From Carcharhinus amblyrhynchos (taxonomy: Eukaryota), in contig OZ336885.1 of the NCBI GenBank assembly GCA_965287045.1, forward strand, positions 45,198,001 through 45,262,000: DNA of 64,000 nucleotides, read 5' to 3'. Under the pieces are notes generated by a model that saw only the letters and a program-made list of their open reading frames with translations, ran no database searches and was not told the origin of the DNA. This document shows positions 13,476-26,066 of the stretch, in pieces. A program made the translations under genes and the position numbers. Within the stretch, counting starts at the first letter, position 1. The number at the start of each line of letters is the position of its first letter.

Positions 13476-14530
13476 GGGCATTTTTGGGCCAGAGGAATCA
13501 CACGGGGGAACGATTTGTGGGGTTCCCACTAGCATCTTCAAGCGCCGGATTTCCGGTGTGGTCTGCTCCAGGTAGGCGGGGCTAGCATTTAAGTGATATT
13601 TTAAATATCACTTAAGTGCTATTAGTGAGTCCAGGACTGAGTTCTTCAGGCCCGCTAGTCTCTCCCAATCCACTGAAGTGTCTCACTCCAGAGGGGGTTT
13701 AGAGTAGCTCCCCACTTTTGGGGAGCTAGCAGCCTGACCCCACTAGAGCGAAGGGGGGGCAATCGGGGCCCCACAGGGGGTCAGGCGGTGGAGGAATTGT
13801 GCTCCCATGGCATGGGCGCCCCAGTAGTTTCAGCCTATGTCTCCTTGCACTGCCCAAGGGGCAAAGTGCTAATGCCTAGTGGGCACTTTGGAACTGCCCA
13901 AGGGAGCAGTGCCAAGGGGTGGAGTGTATGAGGAGCGGGGCCTGATGGGGGTGGGGCCTAGGGATGAGTGAAGGGGTGTGGGTGTCCCTTTGCTGCTCTC
14001 TATAATGATCAATGGAGACATGAGGAAGGCCAGCATTTGGGGGGGCAAGGGGGCATCTGGGTTTGCTGGGGGAATTTGGAGGTTTGCCTGTGGGGAGGGT
14101 GTCTGCACCCCTGTGGGGTGGAGGGGATTGGAACTGCAGCAGGGGTTGGGGGGGGAAACAATTGATGCTGCGGGGTATGGAGGGCTGGAGATTGGGACAG
14201 TTTGCGACAGGGTGGTCTGGGAATGATCAGGCCATAGGGGAGTTGGAGGGGGGGGCAGCACTGTGGGGCACCCGGGCTGGCCAGCGATTGAGCTGGCCAG
14301 CAAATGGGAGGTTGACAGCTCGGGACCACAGTGCATGTGCAGAGGCTTGCTGGTTTCAGCCTCTCCAGCAGGAAGAGCCTCCCCATCCCCGCCAAAATCT
14401 AGTGATATTCAGATTTTGCATTGCAGTGTGGGAGATTTTAGACTGAACTCCCAGTGAAAGAAAAAACAGCGTGACTTACTCCAGTTTTCACGTGAATTCA
14501 ACACCCGGTTTTTTTGGGAGAATTCTGTCC
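13476..14530. mobile_element. GC-rich non-autonomous DNA transposon (Harbinger-type MITE remnant)
   Basis: Abrupt GC-rich block. Right terminus GGGAGAATTCTGTCC|ATT resembles termini of other MITEs in the window; left terminus is degenerate. Confidence 0.5.
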
Positions 14531-17299
14531 ATTAAATTTAAATCTACATTTACATGAAACTCCAAATCCTGAAATACCTTGGTATTCACATTTGGAATTT
14601 ATCCTGCAGTCGCTATCTCACGTGTGTGTACGTGCAGGCATTCAATAGATTCAAGTTAATATCTATCATCATTGGCTAGGGTGGCAGGACTGGCAGCTGA
14701 AACAGTTTGATCCATACTTTTACTCAACAATTTTGTACAAGTTCATCTGTGTTGTAGAGTAGTGGTTCCCAACCACTGGTGTGCCACGAGAAGCTTGCAA
14801 GTGTGTCATTGGCGGAAGAGACTCCTGGTAAAGAGCAACTTTTGTGTGTGTGTGTTTGACTCTGAGTTGTGTCGCTTCCACACACTTGGATCAATCAGAT
14901 TGAGGATTTGGAAGTTGGGAGTGAATCTGGGTTATTCTCTTGCTTTTATTCACTATACCTGCCAGTCAGTCCCACAGAATGTCCGAGGATGGGCCCCTGG
15001 ACCAGGTCTGGTGGCTGCTTTCCTTGCCTGCCCTCCACTGCTGTTCAGTTTGTGCAACTACTGACCATAATCATAGTAAATGTATATAAATATGATGTTT
15101 ATGAACAATCATTTCAGCTGAAAAAAGAGTAGGTGTGCCTTGGACTTTTTATCTCATTCAAGTCTGTCGTGTTACTGAAAAGGTTGCAAGAGCCCACTGT
15201 TGTAGAAGGAAAAAGGTGACATATGAAGAGATATCTCATTTGAAGTGATATGAAGAAGATGCAACAAGCTGGACATGTTATGCAGTCCATCTGTGCATAT
15301 CTAAGTGGGCAAACCCAAGGCAGAATGGAGTTTAATGTGGGAAAGTGTAAGGTTTTAAACAGTTTTCCTGAGCGTTGTTGCAAATCTGGTACTTAGAGAG
15401 TTAAAATGACCAGTCTAAATATAAGAATACAAGGAAAATATTGCACTTGTGTATTTAAGTGATTTCAATAATTGCAGTACTAATTTCAGTAATCTAGCGA
15501 CACAAGTGTAAAACCTCCTTCAGCATTTCTCAGAGTGATGGAGCAGATAGTTGCTTAAAATATTTTTTTCAGTGATGTCATGTCTAGACAATGATGAATT
15601 ACAGCTATTAATGTGTCATTTTCTCAAATGTTAGTTTTGATCAAACAAACTTAGTCTGGAATTATTTGTAGTTGCCTGTTTAGTTACCACAGTACAAATT
15701 CTAGAAATGTTTGTATTTTAATTTTATCATTGATTTTGGTTTTATTTTGGGTTAACTAAAATTAGTGATTAATTGCAAAAGTCATGGTTAAGGTCTTTAA
15801 GCTAATATAGTGATGTTAAGTTATTGCACAAACATTTTCAGTAGGGTGTTGTAATTTGTAGAAAAATTCTGTCTGGGAGGCTTCTCTGACAGCTCTGGCA
15901 GACTTCAGGATTCATCCCTGCTCTGTGCTGCATTAGCTGATCACAGCCAAAAGAGTAGAAAGGAGTTACAATAGTGATAATATACCTGTGATAGGCAGGG
16001 AAAACATAGGCAGGGGGCCTTCAGAATTGTTGATCATCGACTCACTCATATTTTAGTACACTTAGAAAGCCTTGACTGTGATACCATCAATCACCAAATA
16101 GGATGCTGATCCTTCATATCACATAACCACTTTGGTGAAATAGCAAATATTAGCAAAGTTTTATAGAATTCATAGCCTAGCAATGAGTCAATACCTTCAA
16201 AGGAGGAGGAGAGGAGGACAGGTTAAAATTAGGACGAAAATCTATAATGCGATAAATACACAATTTTTATTAAACTAAGTTGTTTGGATGGTGACAGAAT
16301 AAATGGTTGTTATCCAATACTGGATAAACAGGAATAAATATGAGAAAGCAAAGCCATTGGTCAGGATTTTCCAGCCCTGTCTGGCAGGCCTGCTATGGGA
16401 CATTGTGCAGTTCAGCCAAAGGTCCATTGACTTTCAACAGGACCAGGTTATCTATTGTCTTTGATCTGCACCAAAAACTACAATCCCTCTCCTTGAACAA
16501 ATGCCTGGTGCTGAGCCAGATCATTCAATACATTGGTGTTAAATTTGTTCATGAGATGAGACTTGATAAGGTAGCCATTCCATCAGCAAAATTGCCTACT
16601 TCCATCTCTGTAACATTGCCCAGCTCTATCTTTGCCTTTGCTCTTCTGCTGCTGAAACCCTTACCCACAATTTTCTTAACTCAGTATTTGACCATTCTAA
16701 TGCTCCCCTATCCACCCCTCATCATTCACCCTCTATAAATGTTTGAGTTCTTCCAAAACTCTGCTGTACACATCTTATTTTCCATACTGCCTCATTCATC
16801 CATCACCATGTGCTCATTGGCACCAGGTCTGTCAGTAGTTCTATTTTAAAATTCTCATTGACTTCAAATCCCCTCCATTGGCCTTGCCCCTCCCAATCTC
16901 CGCAACCTCTGACAGTCTTACAAGCCTTTGCCATCTTTGTACTCCTCAAATCTCATTCCTTGCATCTCCCCAATTGTAATGCCTTTTTCTACCAAAGCCC
17001 AAGCTCTGGCATTTCGTCCCTAGACCTTTCTACCTTTTTGAAGGCACTTCTTAAAACTTATTTTTTGACCAAGTTCTTGGTCATCTGTCCTTACATGGTT
17101 AAGTGCCATTTTCCTGTGAAACACCTTGAGATGTTTTGCTAAAGGCACAATACGAATGCAAGTTGTTGTAAACATAAAGGCCAGACTTCTCCTGTCTCGT
17201 ATGAGCTGCCACTGCTGCCAGCGAGAACAAAGAATTTGGCACTCAACTAAAACTCCATTCATTGCTGTGGAATTGGAGGATCCTAGACGCAAGTGAGGT

Positions 17300-18990
17300 T
17301 GGAGAATACCAGCCAAAATGCTAGAAATACAGAGGTCAGATAGCATCTCTGGAGTAAGAAACAGAGCGAATGGGCCTGATTTTACCATTTTGACTCGAAG
17401 TGCTGAATCTGGCGCAATTCAGATCCGACTTGGAAATCTGTTCTCAGGCACCCCAATACGCACTCAGCCTGGAAAAAAAACTCGCAAGTCTGACTTGCGC
17501 TACGGCCGAGGCTTAACCTGCCTGAAACACTGCTGCAAGGATTGGAGATTTGAACTGCGTATGTGCAGTGAGAAAAAAAATTTGAAAAATGTGCCCCTGT
17601 CACATTGTTCCTAGGCCGCGAAAAGCAGATAAAGCGGCCCAGGAGTGAAAAGCGGGAGCGATGGCCCCCACAGACATTGCCCCAATCCCACAACATAACT
17701 GTACTCCTTACCCACCTCCCCGACTACCCAGACAGATTGCGCCCCCCCCCCCCCCCCCCCACCCTATGCCCCCTCAACTGATCAGCCACAGAGTGGCAGC
17801 GGACAGTCCCTCCGCCATCCCGACCAGAGATACATCTTCCCCGCTCCCCCCCACCAATCAGAGCGCGATCTGGCCTCTCTCCCTCTTCTCCCTCTCCCTC
17901 TCTACCAACCAGAAAATGATCTGGCCTCCCCCCACCTCCCCCTCCCACCCCACCACCACAAGTGAACGATCTGGCCTCCCTCAACTCCCTCACCTCAACC
18001 CCCACAAGAGAACGATCTGGCCTCCCTCCTCCCTCCACCCCCCCAACAGCGCCCCCCCCCCCACCCCCCCCCCCCCCCCCAAACCAGATAACAATCTGGC
18101 CACCCTCCTCCCTCCCAACCCCCTCCCCATCCACCAACCAGAGAGCAATCTGGCCTCATCCCCCCAGAGAATGATCTGGCCTCCCTCTGTCCCCCCACCC
18201 AAGAGAACGCTCTGGCCTCCACCCACTCCTCGCCCCACCAGACAATGATCTAGCCTCCGTCCCTCCTCCCCTGAAAGAACGAACTAGCCTCCCTCTTCCC
18301 CACTCCTCACCAGAGAATGATCAGGCTTTCCTTCTCTCCTCACCCACCTCCACCCCCACCCCAGCCCCGCCCCCATCAGAGATACATCTGACCCGCCTCC
18401 CCCCCTCTCTCTCTGCCCCTCCCCACTACCGATCTGAGTCAGAGCTGTTGGAAGCTCTGAACTTACCTCTTCAGAAGTGGAGCACCCAAAACAGACCTTT
18501 GCCGAGCATGTCTGTTTCATGCCGAATCTGGACACACAAATACGATGGTAAAGGGAGAAGTGCCGGTAAACTTGGACAGGCAGCCTATTAATTCAATTTA
18601 AATGCATGTATATGCATTTAAATCACCATTGTGCTCGTTTCAGGCATGATTTGGATCGCAGCCATTTTCGGGGCATGGTAAAGTGGGCATCTGTGCAGAC
18701 GGGGGCATGGATCGCGTTAATGGCCTCATGCCTGACTTTACCAAGTTTTTGCGCCTGAAAGTGGGCGCAACGCAATGATAAATCAGGCCCAATATTTCAG
18801 GTCGATGACTTTTAGTCAAAACTGGAAAAGGGTGGAGATTCACAAGCAAGTACAGAGGCAGGGAATGTGGCGGGGGGGAAGAACAAATGGAAGACTTTTG
18901 ATGGTGGAAGGCAGGAGAGAATAAATGACTAAAGGGAAGATATTGCAAGTGGAAGGAAATTGTTGTGGGACAAATAAAGAACTAAAATAT
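17300..18990. mobile_element. Penelope-like pseudo-LTR fragment, split by the MITE at 17372-18790
   Basis: GCTAGAAATACAGAGGTCAGATAGCATCTCTGGAG...AACAGAGCGAAT resumes after the MITE as ATTTCAGGTCGATGACTTTTAGTCAAAACTGG. Homologous to 43733-43870. Confidence 0.65.
17372..18790. mobile_element. Non-autonomous PIF/Harbinger-type DNA transposon with TIRs, 3-bp TSD and internal C-rich minisatellite
   Basis: Left end GGGCCTGATTTTACCATT; right end AATGATAAATCAGGCCC (reverse complement GGGCCTGATTTATCATT). AAT is duplicated at 17369-71 and 18791-93. About a dozen ACCAGAGAATGATCTGGCCTCC-like units lie at ~17820-18440. Confidence 0.88.
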
Positions 18991-19104
18991 GGGACTATGG
19001 GCTCCATCTACATATTTAGACAAGCTTCCAATAGCAGTCATGTCTAATAAGTGGCTCACCTCATGTGAAAATTCAATTTTAGGCCAATGGCCTTGCCAGG
19101 GACA

Positions 19105-19922
19105 ACATAGTCATAGAGGTTTACAGCATGAAACAGGCCTTTTGGCTGCACTTGTCCATGCCGCCCAGTTTTTACCATTAAGCTATTTCCAACTGCCTGC
19201 ATTTGGCCTATATTCCTCAAAAGCAATCTTACTCATGTAACTATCTAAATGCTTTTTAAAAGACGAAATTGTACACGCCTCTACTACTATCACTGGCAGC
19301 TCGTTCCAGACACTCACCACCCCCTGAAAAAATTGCCCCACTGGACCCTTTTGTATCTCTCCCCTCTCACCTGAAACCTATGTCCTCGAGTTTTAGACTC
19401 CCCCACCTTTGGGAGAAAATCTTGACTATCTACCTTATCTATGCCTTCATTATGTTATAGACCTCAGTAAAATCACTCCTAAGCCTCCTATGCTGCAGGG
19501 AAAAAGTAAGCAGTCTGACAACACCAGGTTTAAGTCCAACCAATTTATTTGATAGTAAACTCACAAGCTTTCGGGGTTTGCTGTTCATCAGGTGAATGGA
19601 GAGTTCTGGCCTCAGACAGAGCAAAAAGTCCCAAGGAAAAAAGACAGGGAAAAAAGTCCCGGGGAAAAAAAAAGACAGAGAAAAAGTCCCAGTCTATCCA
19701 GCCTCTCCATATAGCTCAAACCATCGAGTCTTGGTAGCATCCTAGTAAATCTTTTCTACACTCTTTCTAGTTTAATAATATCTATGATACAGTAACCAGA
19801 ACTGTACACAGTATTCCAAGTGTGGCCTTACCAATGTCTTGTACAAATTCAACACAACATCCCAGCTTCTGTATTCAATGTTCTGACTAATGAAACCACT
19901 TCTTCACCACCCTGTCCACCTG
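19105..19922 (-). mobile_element. CR1 3' fragment containing a short Penelope-type insert (19505-19620) and an AAAAAGTCCC triplication
   Basis: Tail begins CATAGTCATAGAGGTTTACAGCATG. ORF remnant FSLQHRRLRSDFTEVYNIM. Insert reads ACAACACCAGGTTTAAGTCCAAC...TTCATCAGGTGAA. Confidence 0.8.
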
Positions 19923-19924
19923 TC

Positions 19925-21680
19925 ATAGTCCAAAAGAATTATTGGCAGAACCCACTTTGGATCTATAGCAGGCCATTGAGATTGCTCTATCATTGGAGAT
20001 TGCAGAGAAAGAAGCTCAGGAACTATTGTGGACGTCAGACAGCAGCGTCCTCTGACTGGGGAGAGGGGCTTCATGCAGTATCCATACTTCAACTGATGGC
20101 AATAGTATCAGAAGCCTTTACAATGACAGAGGCCAAGTTATATCACCAGGCAGTCAAGAGAGGGTAGAGAAACCTTCAAACTCCTAGGGAGCATATTCCA
20201 GGAGGTTGTAGATGCCAGATGGTGGACTATTGCAAATGCTGCAGAAGAACACAACCAAGGCAAAAATATAGGGACAGTCAAAATGCGTGCTGTTTCAAAA
20301 ATAGACCAGTACTGGACCATAACAGGAACAGGGACATTGCAATTCAATCACATCCCCATGACAAAGCTTGCCCCACCAATGGTGGAATTAATAGCAAATG
20401 GTCACACGTTAAAAATGGAAGTGGATATCGGGGCTGTGATCCCCGCTATTTGGGGATAGACTTATGATTGCCTCCAAGTACTCCTCAACTTAGAAAACAT
20501 AAAGATCAGGCTGGCCATTTACACAGGGGAACCATTACAGATAAAGGACACCATGGCAACGCTAGTGACTTACAGGCAGTAGTCAGCTCAACTTTCACTC
20601 ATCATTGTATGGGGACAAGAACCTAGCCTTATGGGGAGAGATTGGCTCCAATACATCAGACCAAATTGCTGGAGATCTTCAGGCTGGGTATGGGGGGATT
20701 ATACGAAGTCATCAATAAGTACCTCACTAAGTATTACAAGGATTACTTCAGGTTGTGGTGTACCTGGATAATGTCTTGGTCACAGGAACTTTGGAATGTG
20801 AACATCTAGCAAACCTAGAAGAGGTCTTACGTTGATTCTCAGAAGTCAAGGTATACCTGAAAAGGGAAAAATGTATCTTCCAAGTAAGTGCCATGACCTA
20901 TTTGGGCTAATGGGGGGATGGCAAAGTGCCTTCATCCAATGGAAGACTAGCTGAGGGCTAGTAAGGAGGTGTCAACTCCAAGGAATCCCACAGAATTAAA
21001 AATCTTAGTGGGGTTAGTGAATTAATGCAGGATATCTATTCTGAATCTGGCTTCCTTACTGACCCCCTTGCATACCCTAGTAGGGAAACATCAAAGGTGA
21101 TCTTTTGGGGAGCTGCAGCTCAAGGCTTTAAATAGCATTAAACAGAAATTTTTGTCCTTTAATTTATTGGTCTATTTTGACTCCTAAAAGGACATCATCC
21201 TGAAATGTGATGCCTCCCTTTACTGGCGTACAGCTGGAAAGATGGAACAGAAAAGTCTGTTGTGTACACATCAAGGACTCTCTCTGATGCTGAACAGAGG
21301 CATTCACAAACTGAGAAAGAGGGATTGGCAGTTGTCTTCAGCATTAAAAAATTCCATCAATACATCTAAGGTAGATGCTTCATTGTAGTAACTGATCATA
21401 AACCATTGCTGGGACTTTTTAAAGAAGACTAGACCCCACCACCACCACCCCAGCCCCCCGTCCCCCCACCCCGTCCCCCCACCAATGTCTCTGCCTGGAT
21501 ACAACATTGAGCCACGTTACTGGCGATTTATGAACACCTCCTAGGCCCCGGCCCAAGACCTGGATGCACTGAGATATCTTCCATTAGCCATAAGCCTGAC
21601 TTCATTACCAGCTGTGGAAGAGGTCATGATGACCCTCAAATGGTTGGAAGTACATCACATGAGCTACCAGTGAGAAACAT
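19925..21680 (+). mobile_element. Degenerate Ty3/Gypsy LTR retrotransposon internal region (gag end, protease, RT, RNase H)
   Basis: LLAEPTLDL (~19940), NGHTLKMEVDIGA protease (~20400), VVYLDNVLVTG RT (~20755), LKCDAS (~21200) and SQTEKEGLAVVFSIKKFHQY (~21305). Many stops and deletions. Confidence 0.88.
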
Positions 21681-21822
21681 CAAAGGTGGTGCCTATTCCC
21701 GCTGGAGAGGCTGGCAGCATAGCGCTGAGCAGGCGAGTGCACATGTGTTGCTCTGTCAGAGTGGAGATCAGCCTGCACTACCGGCCTCCTGATGGCTGGC
21801 CAGCCCGATCGCTAGCGTGCTG

Positions 21823-22968
21823 ACCCCACCACCCCCACCCCCCAGCCACCACCCCCCCCTCCGCCACCCCCCCCCCCTCCGCCGCCACCCCCCCCCCCGC
21901 CACCCCCCCCCCCCCCCGCCACCCCCCCCCCCGCCATCCCCCCCGCCATCCCCCCCGCCACCACCCCCCCCGCCACCACCACCACCGCCACCCACCCCCC
22001 TCCCAAACCCACACCCCTCCCAAACCCACACCCCCGCCCCAAACCTACCCACCTCCCACCCCCACACCCACCCCCACACCTACCCCACCCCTCCCCCCCC
22101 ACCCCCACACCCCCCCACCCCCCCCCACACCCCCCCCCACCCCCACACCCCCCCCCCACCCACCCCCACCCCCCCCACCCCCCTACCCCCCTCCACACCC
22201 CCCCACCCCCACACCCCCCCCCACCCCCCCACCCCCCCCCACCCCCCCCACACCCACCCCCACCCCCCCCACCCCCCTACCCCCCTACCCCCCTCCACAC
22301 CCCCCACCCCTCCCCACCCCCCCCACACCCCCACCACCCCCCACACCCCCCCCACCCCTACCCCCCCCCACACCTCCACCCCCCCCACAACCCTCCCACC
22401 CCCCCCACAACCCCCCCACACCCCCCCCACAACCCTCCCACCCCCCCCACAACCCCCCCACCCCCACAACCCCCCCACAACCCCCCACCCCCTCCACCCC
22501 CCCACAACCCCCCACCACCCCCCACCCCCACACAACCCCCCACCCCCCACACCACCCCCCACCCCCACACAACCCCCCACCCCCCACACAACCCCCCACC
22601 CCACAACCCCCCACCCCACAACCCCCCACCCCCCCCACAACCCCCCACCCCCCCCACAACCCCCCACCCCCCCCACAACCCCCCACCCCCCCCCACAAGC
22701 CCCCCCCACCCCCCACCACAACCCCCCCACCCCCCCCCCACAACCCCCCCACCCCCCCCACAACCCCCACCCCTCCACCCCCCACAACCCCCCACCCCCC
22801 ACACCCCCCACAACCCCCCACACCCACCCCCACAGCCCCCCCACCCCCACCTTTCACCAGCCCCCCCCCCCACTCCCACCCCCTCCAGTCCCCCACCCCA
22901 CCCCAACTGAACCCCCCCCCCCAAACTGAACCCCCCACACCGCTCCCCCCCCCCCCCCCCCCCCCCCC
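21823..22968. repeat. ~1.15-kb C-rich low-complexity tract (CCCCCCA / CCCCACA / CCCCACAA units)
   Basis: Directly visible: almost exclusively C and A on the + strand, with unit composition drifting along the tract. Confidence 0.97.
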
Positions 22969-23249
22969 GTCACCCATGGCCTCTGTTCCCTCCAGCAGGG
23001 TCAGCCACCTGTTGCCCATGCGTGGGGAGTTGTTGCAAACCCCCTTGGAGGGAACCATTCTCGGCAGGGGGATGTGCTAACAGGTCCTGAGACTATAGTC
23101 CTGGGTCCGCTAATCCTCATTTAAATATTGTAATCAGCTCCGCACCGATTTCTGGCATCAGGCAGTGCCAAAGGGTCGAGCCAAAAGGGGGTGGGTCCCA
23201 TTAGGGGGGGAAGTTGCTGGGAGTGGGAGGGTCCAGCTGCCACTCTGCC

Positions 23250-24676
23250 AGGCAAAAGGCGGGGAATTATAGGCCGGTTAGTTTAACGTCTGTGGTCGGT
23301 AAAATGTTGGAATCCGTCATTAAGGAGGAAATTGCGAGGCATCTTGAAGGCAATTGCTTGATAGAGCAGACGCAGCATGGTTTCATTAAAGGGAAGTCGT
23401 GTCTGACAAATTTACTGGAGTTCTATGAGGATGTGTCTAGGGCGGTGGATAGAGGAGAGCCGGTGGATGTGGTCTTTCTGGATTTTCAGAAGGCGTTTGA
23501 CAAAGTACCTCACAAGAGGTTATTGCAGAAGGTCGAGGGACGTGGAGTTGGGGGTAGGGTGTTAGCGTGGATAGAGGATTGGTTGTCAAATAGGAGGCAG
23601 AGAGTGGGGGTCAACGGGTGCTATTCGGATTGGCGGATGGTGACTAGTGGAGTGCCCCAGGGGTCGGTGCTGGGGCCTCAGCTTTTTACCATTTATATAG
23701 ATGATCTGGAGGAGGGAACCGAGTGTAGGGTGTCGAAATTTGCTGATGACACCAAGATTGGGGGAACGGCAAATTGTGTGGAGGGTGTGGAGAGTCTGCA
23801 GAAGGATCCAGATAGGCTGGGCAAATGGGCCAGGAAATGGCAAATGGAATTTAATGTTGGCAAGTGTGAGGTGGTCCACTTTGGTAGGAATAATGGTAGG
23901 AAGGACTATTACTTACGTGGCGAAAAACTGCAGCAGGCGACAGTGCAGAGGGACCTCGGGGTCCTTGTGCATGAGTCGCAAAAACCCAGCTTGCAGGTGC
24001 AGCAGGTGGTCAGGAAGGCTAATGGGATGCTGGCCTTCATAGCGAGGGGGATTGAATATAAAAGTAGGGAGGTCTTGCTGCAGCTGTATAGGGCATTGGT
24101 GAGGCCGCAGCTGGAGTACTGTGTGCAGTTTTGGGTGCCGCACCTGCGCAAAGATATTTTGGCCTTGGAGGGAGTGCAGAGGAGGTTTACTAGGCTGATA
24201 CCGGAGTTGAGGGGGTTGAGCTATGAGGAGAGGCTGAATAAACTAGGCTTGTACTCATTGGAGTTTAGAAGAATGAGGGGAAATCTCATTGAGACGTATA
24301 AGATGATGAATGGGATGGATAGGATAGAGGTGGAGAGACTCTTCCCGCTCAAAAAAGACAGTAGGACTAGGGGGCACAGCCTCAAGATAAAAGGGGGGGG
24401 CGGTTTAGAACGGAGTTGAGGAGGAACTTCTTCACTCAAAGGGTGGTGAATCTCTGGAATTCTCTGCCCGTTGAAGTGGTGGAGGCTGCCTCGCTAAATA
24501 TTTATAAGACGCGGGTTGATGGGTTTTTGATAAGAGAGGGGATTAAGGGTTATGGGGAGAGGGCGGGAAGGTGGAACTGAGCCATGACAGATCAGCCATG
24601 ATCTTATTGAATGGCGGGGCAGGCTCGAGGGGCTAGATGGCCTACTCCTGCTCCTATTTCTTATGTTCTTATGTTC
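23250..24676 (+). mobile_element. Young 5'-truncated CR1 LINE with uninterrupted RT domain and complete 3'UTR
   Basis: ORF 23214..24419 contains GNYRPVSLTSVVGK, QHGF, FLDFQKAFDKVPH, SGVPQGSVLGP and KFADD. Tail is (TTCTTATG)n. A single frameshift falls in the G-run near 24393. Confidence 0.98.
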
Positions 24677-25822
24677 AGAGGAACATTGGGAGAGGGAGGG
24701 AACAGAGGGGGTGATCAGGGCTGGCCATCCAGATCCAGGAGGTCAGCGGTTGACAGGTGTGAAGGAGTGGGGGGGGGCGGGGGGGGGGGGGGGTGGGGGC
24801 GGTGGTGGTGCCAGTAGGCCAAAACTTTGGTCCCAGAGATGCACGGAGGCCACAGTGCTCTGCAGCACCCCACGAAATGGCCTCCACTAATACCTTCTGG
24901 CCTGTTGCACTGTTAGAGCCAGGAAAAATCACCCCCTATATGTTTCATAGCTGAAGAATGAACAAAATGCAATTATATTTTATCCATTATCTGGAACTGG
25001 AGATGCACTAACTGGAACTAGTGGAATCAATGTCTTAGCAGTGACAATAGAATGAGCAGCAAATTCCATATTTGCTGCTCATCACACATGGAGTCTCTGA
25101 ATCACCACAAAGTGGTGTGTATCTGCTTCACTCACATGTCTGAGCAGTAGCTCAGTTGCTAAGGTTCTCACTGAGCTGTATATAATGTGTTGTATAAATG
25201 GAATAATGCCAACTAATATGCAGGAATGGAGCTGTTTGGAGTTAATTGTTGAATACATGAGATTTGATCAGTTTGGGTTTACATTCCATCCCTTTAATAG
25301 AATAGGAATTTGAATGTTTATTTCATTATTTTCATGTTTTGTTATGTAACTAATAGGTTGCTTCCTCTGTAAAAGACCACACAGGATAAGTAAAAGCTCT
25401 CAATGGCATACTGGTGTGTAAGCAATCGTGCCTAAGCTGTCTCATAGTTCAGGCAACCTACACTCTACACGATGAAGATCTAGCTGGAAGCTTATATATC
25501 TACTTTCCCTAACACTATGAATGCAGCAGTATTCTATAGCACTCTAGCTTTACACAAAATAAAATTCAAACTTTAGGGTGTTTGCATTATAAACCCAAAT
25601 TATTATTTAACTGAGTAGTACATTGGTATCCGCTTATTTTTGCTTGGTGGTAGCGAGGTAATAGAATTCAGCTTTCCATTTCACAATGGATGCAAAGTTG
25701 CATTACATTTTAAAATACAAGTTAGTATCTCAAATTCAATTATCCAAGAACTGGTGACACTTGAACACAGGACTTTTTTTTTAAGCTGCCATTTCAATTA
25801 TTAGAGGAGTGAAATAACTTAC

Positions 25823-26066
25823 TAGTTTGTTTGGCTAGGTGCTCATGCATCAGTCTTTTCCTGTGATCCAAGTGACCCTTGACCCCCACCCAGCCCAGCT
25901 CTGCCCAATTCACCTGACAAATTGGCAAAGATCTAAAATCCAGTAGGGTCTCAATCCTGAGATTGCTAGCTTTCAGACAAAGTATTTGTCTGTATTTCTG
26001 TATAATAATTTTTGATTTTTTTTTAGCAATCCCAGATATTGCAGGTTTAATGCATGGTCTTGGCAT
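25823..26066 (-). other. Candidate exon of an unidentified minus-strand transcript
   Basis: Acceptor ctctctttacag|ATG at 26067/26066 and donor CTA|gtaagt at 25823/25822. Non-repetitive; one frame is open throughout. Confidence 0.4.

Larger units (their letters stand above)
21690..24936. mobile_element. GC-rich DNA-transposon remnant hosting the C-rich tract and a young CR1
   Basis: GC-rich segments at 21690-21820, 22970-23249 and 24677-24936. Right terminus GGAAAAATCACCCCC|TAT; left terminus not found. Confidence 0.45.

Noticed and set aside
13869-14457. Overlapping 65-155 aa ORFs on both strands
   Set aside because: GC-rich transposon interior with no recognisable domain.
17661-18535. Pro-rich and Gly-rich ORFs, and a repeat array that superficially resembles CRISPR repeat-spacer structure
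   Set aside because: Lies inside a TIR/TSD-bounded MITE. Units are degenerate with low-complexity spacers, the context is eukaryotic and there are no cas genes.
21768-23058. Long Pro/His/Thr-rich and Gly/Val/Trp-rich ORFs (up to 370 aa)
   Set aside because: Artefacts of the C-rich tract, which lacks stop codons in most frames; no coding signature.
23214-24419. 401-aa reverse transcriptase ORF as a domesticated gene or novel RT system
   Set aside because: Ordinary 5'-truncated CR1 ORF2 with no real start codon, a standard tail and near-identical copies in the same window.
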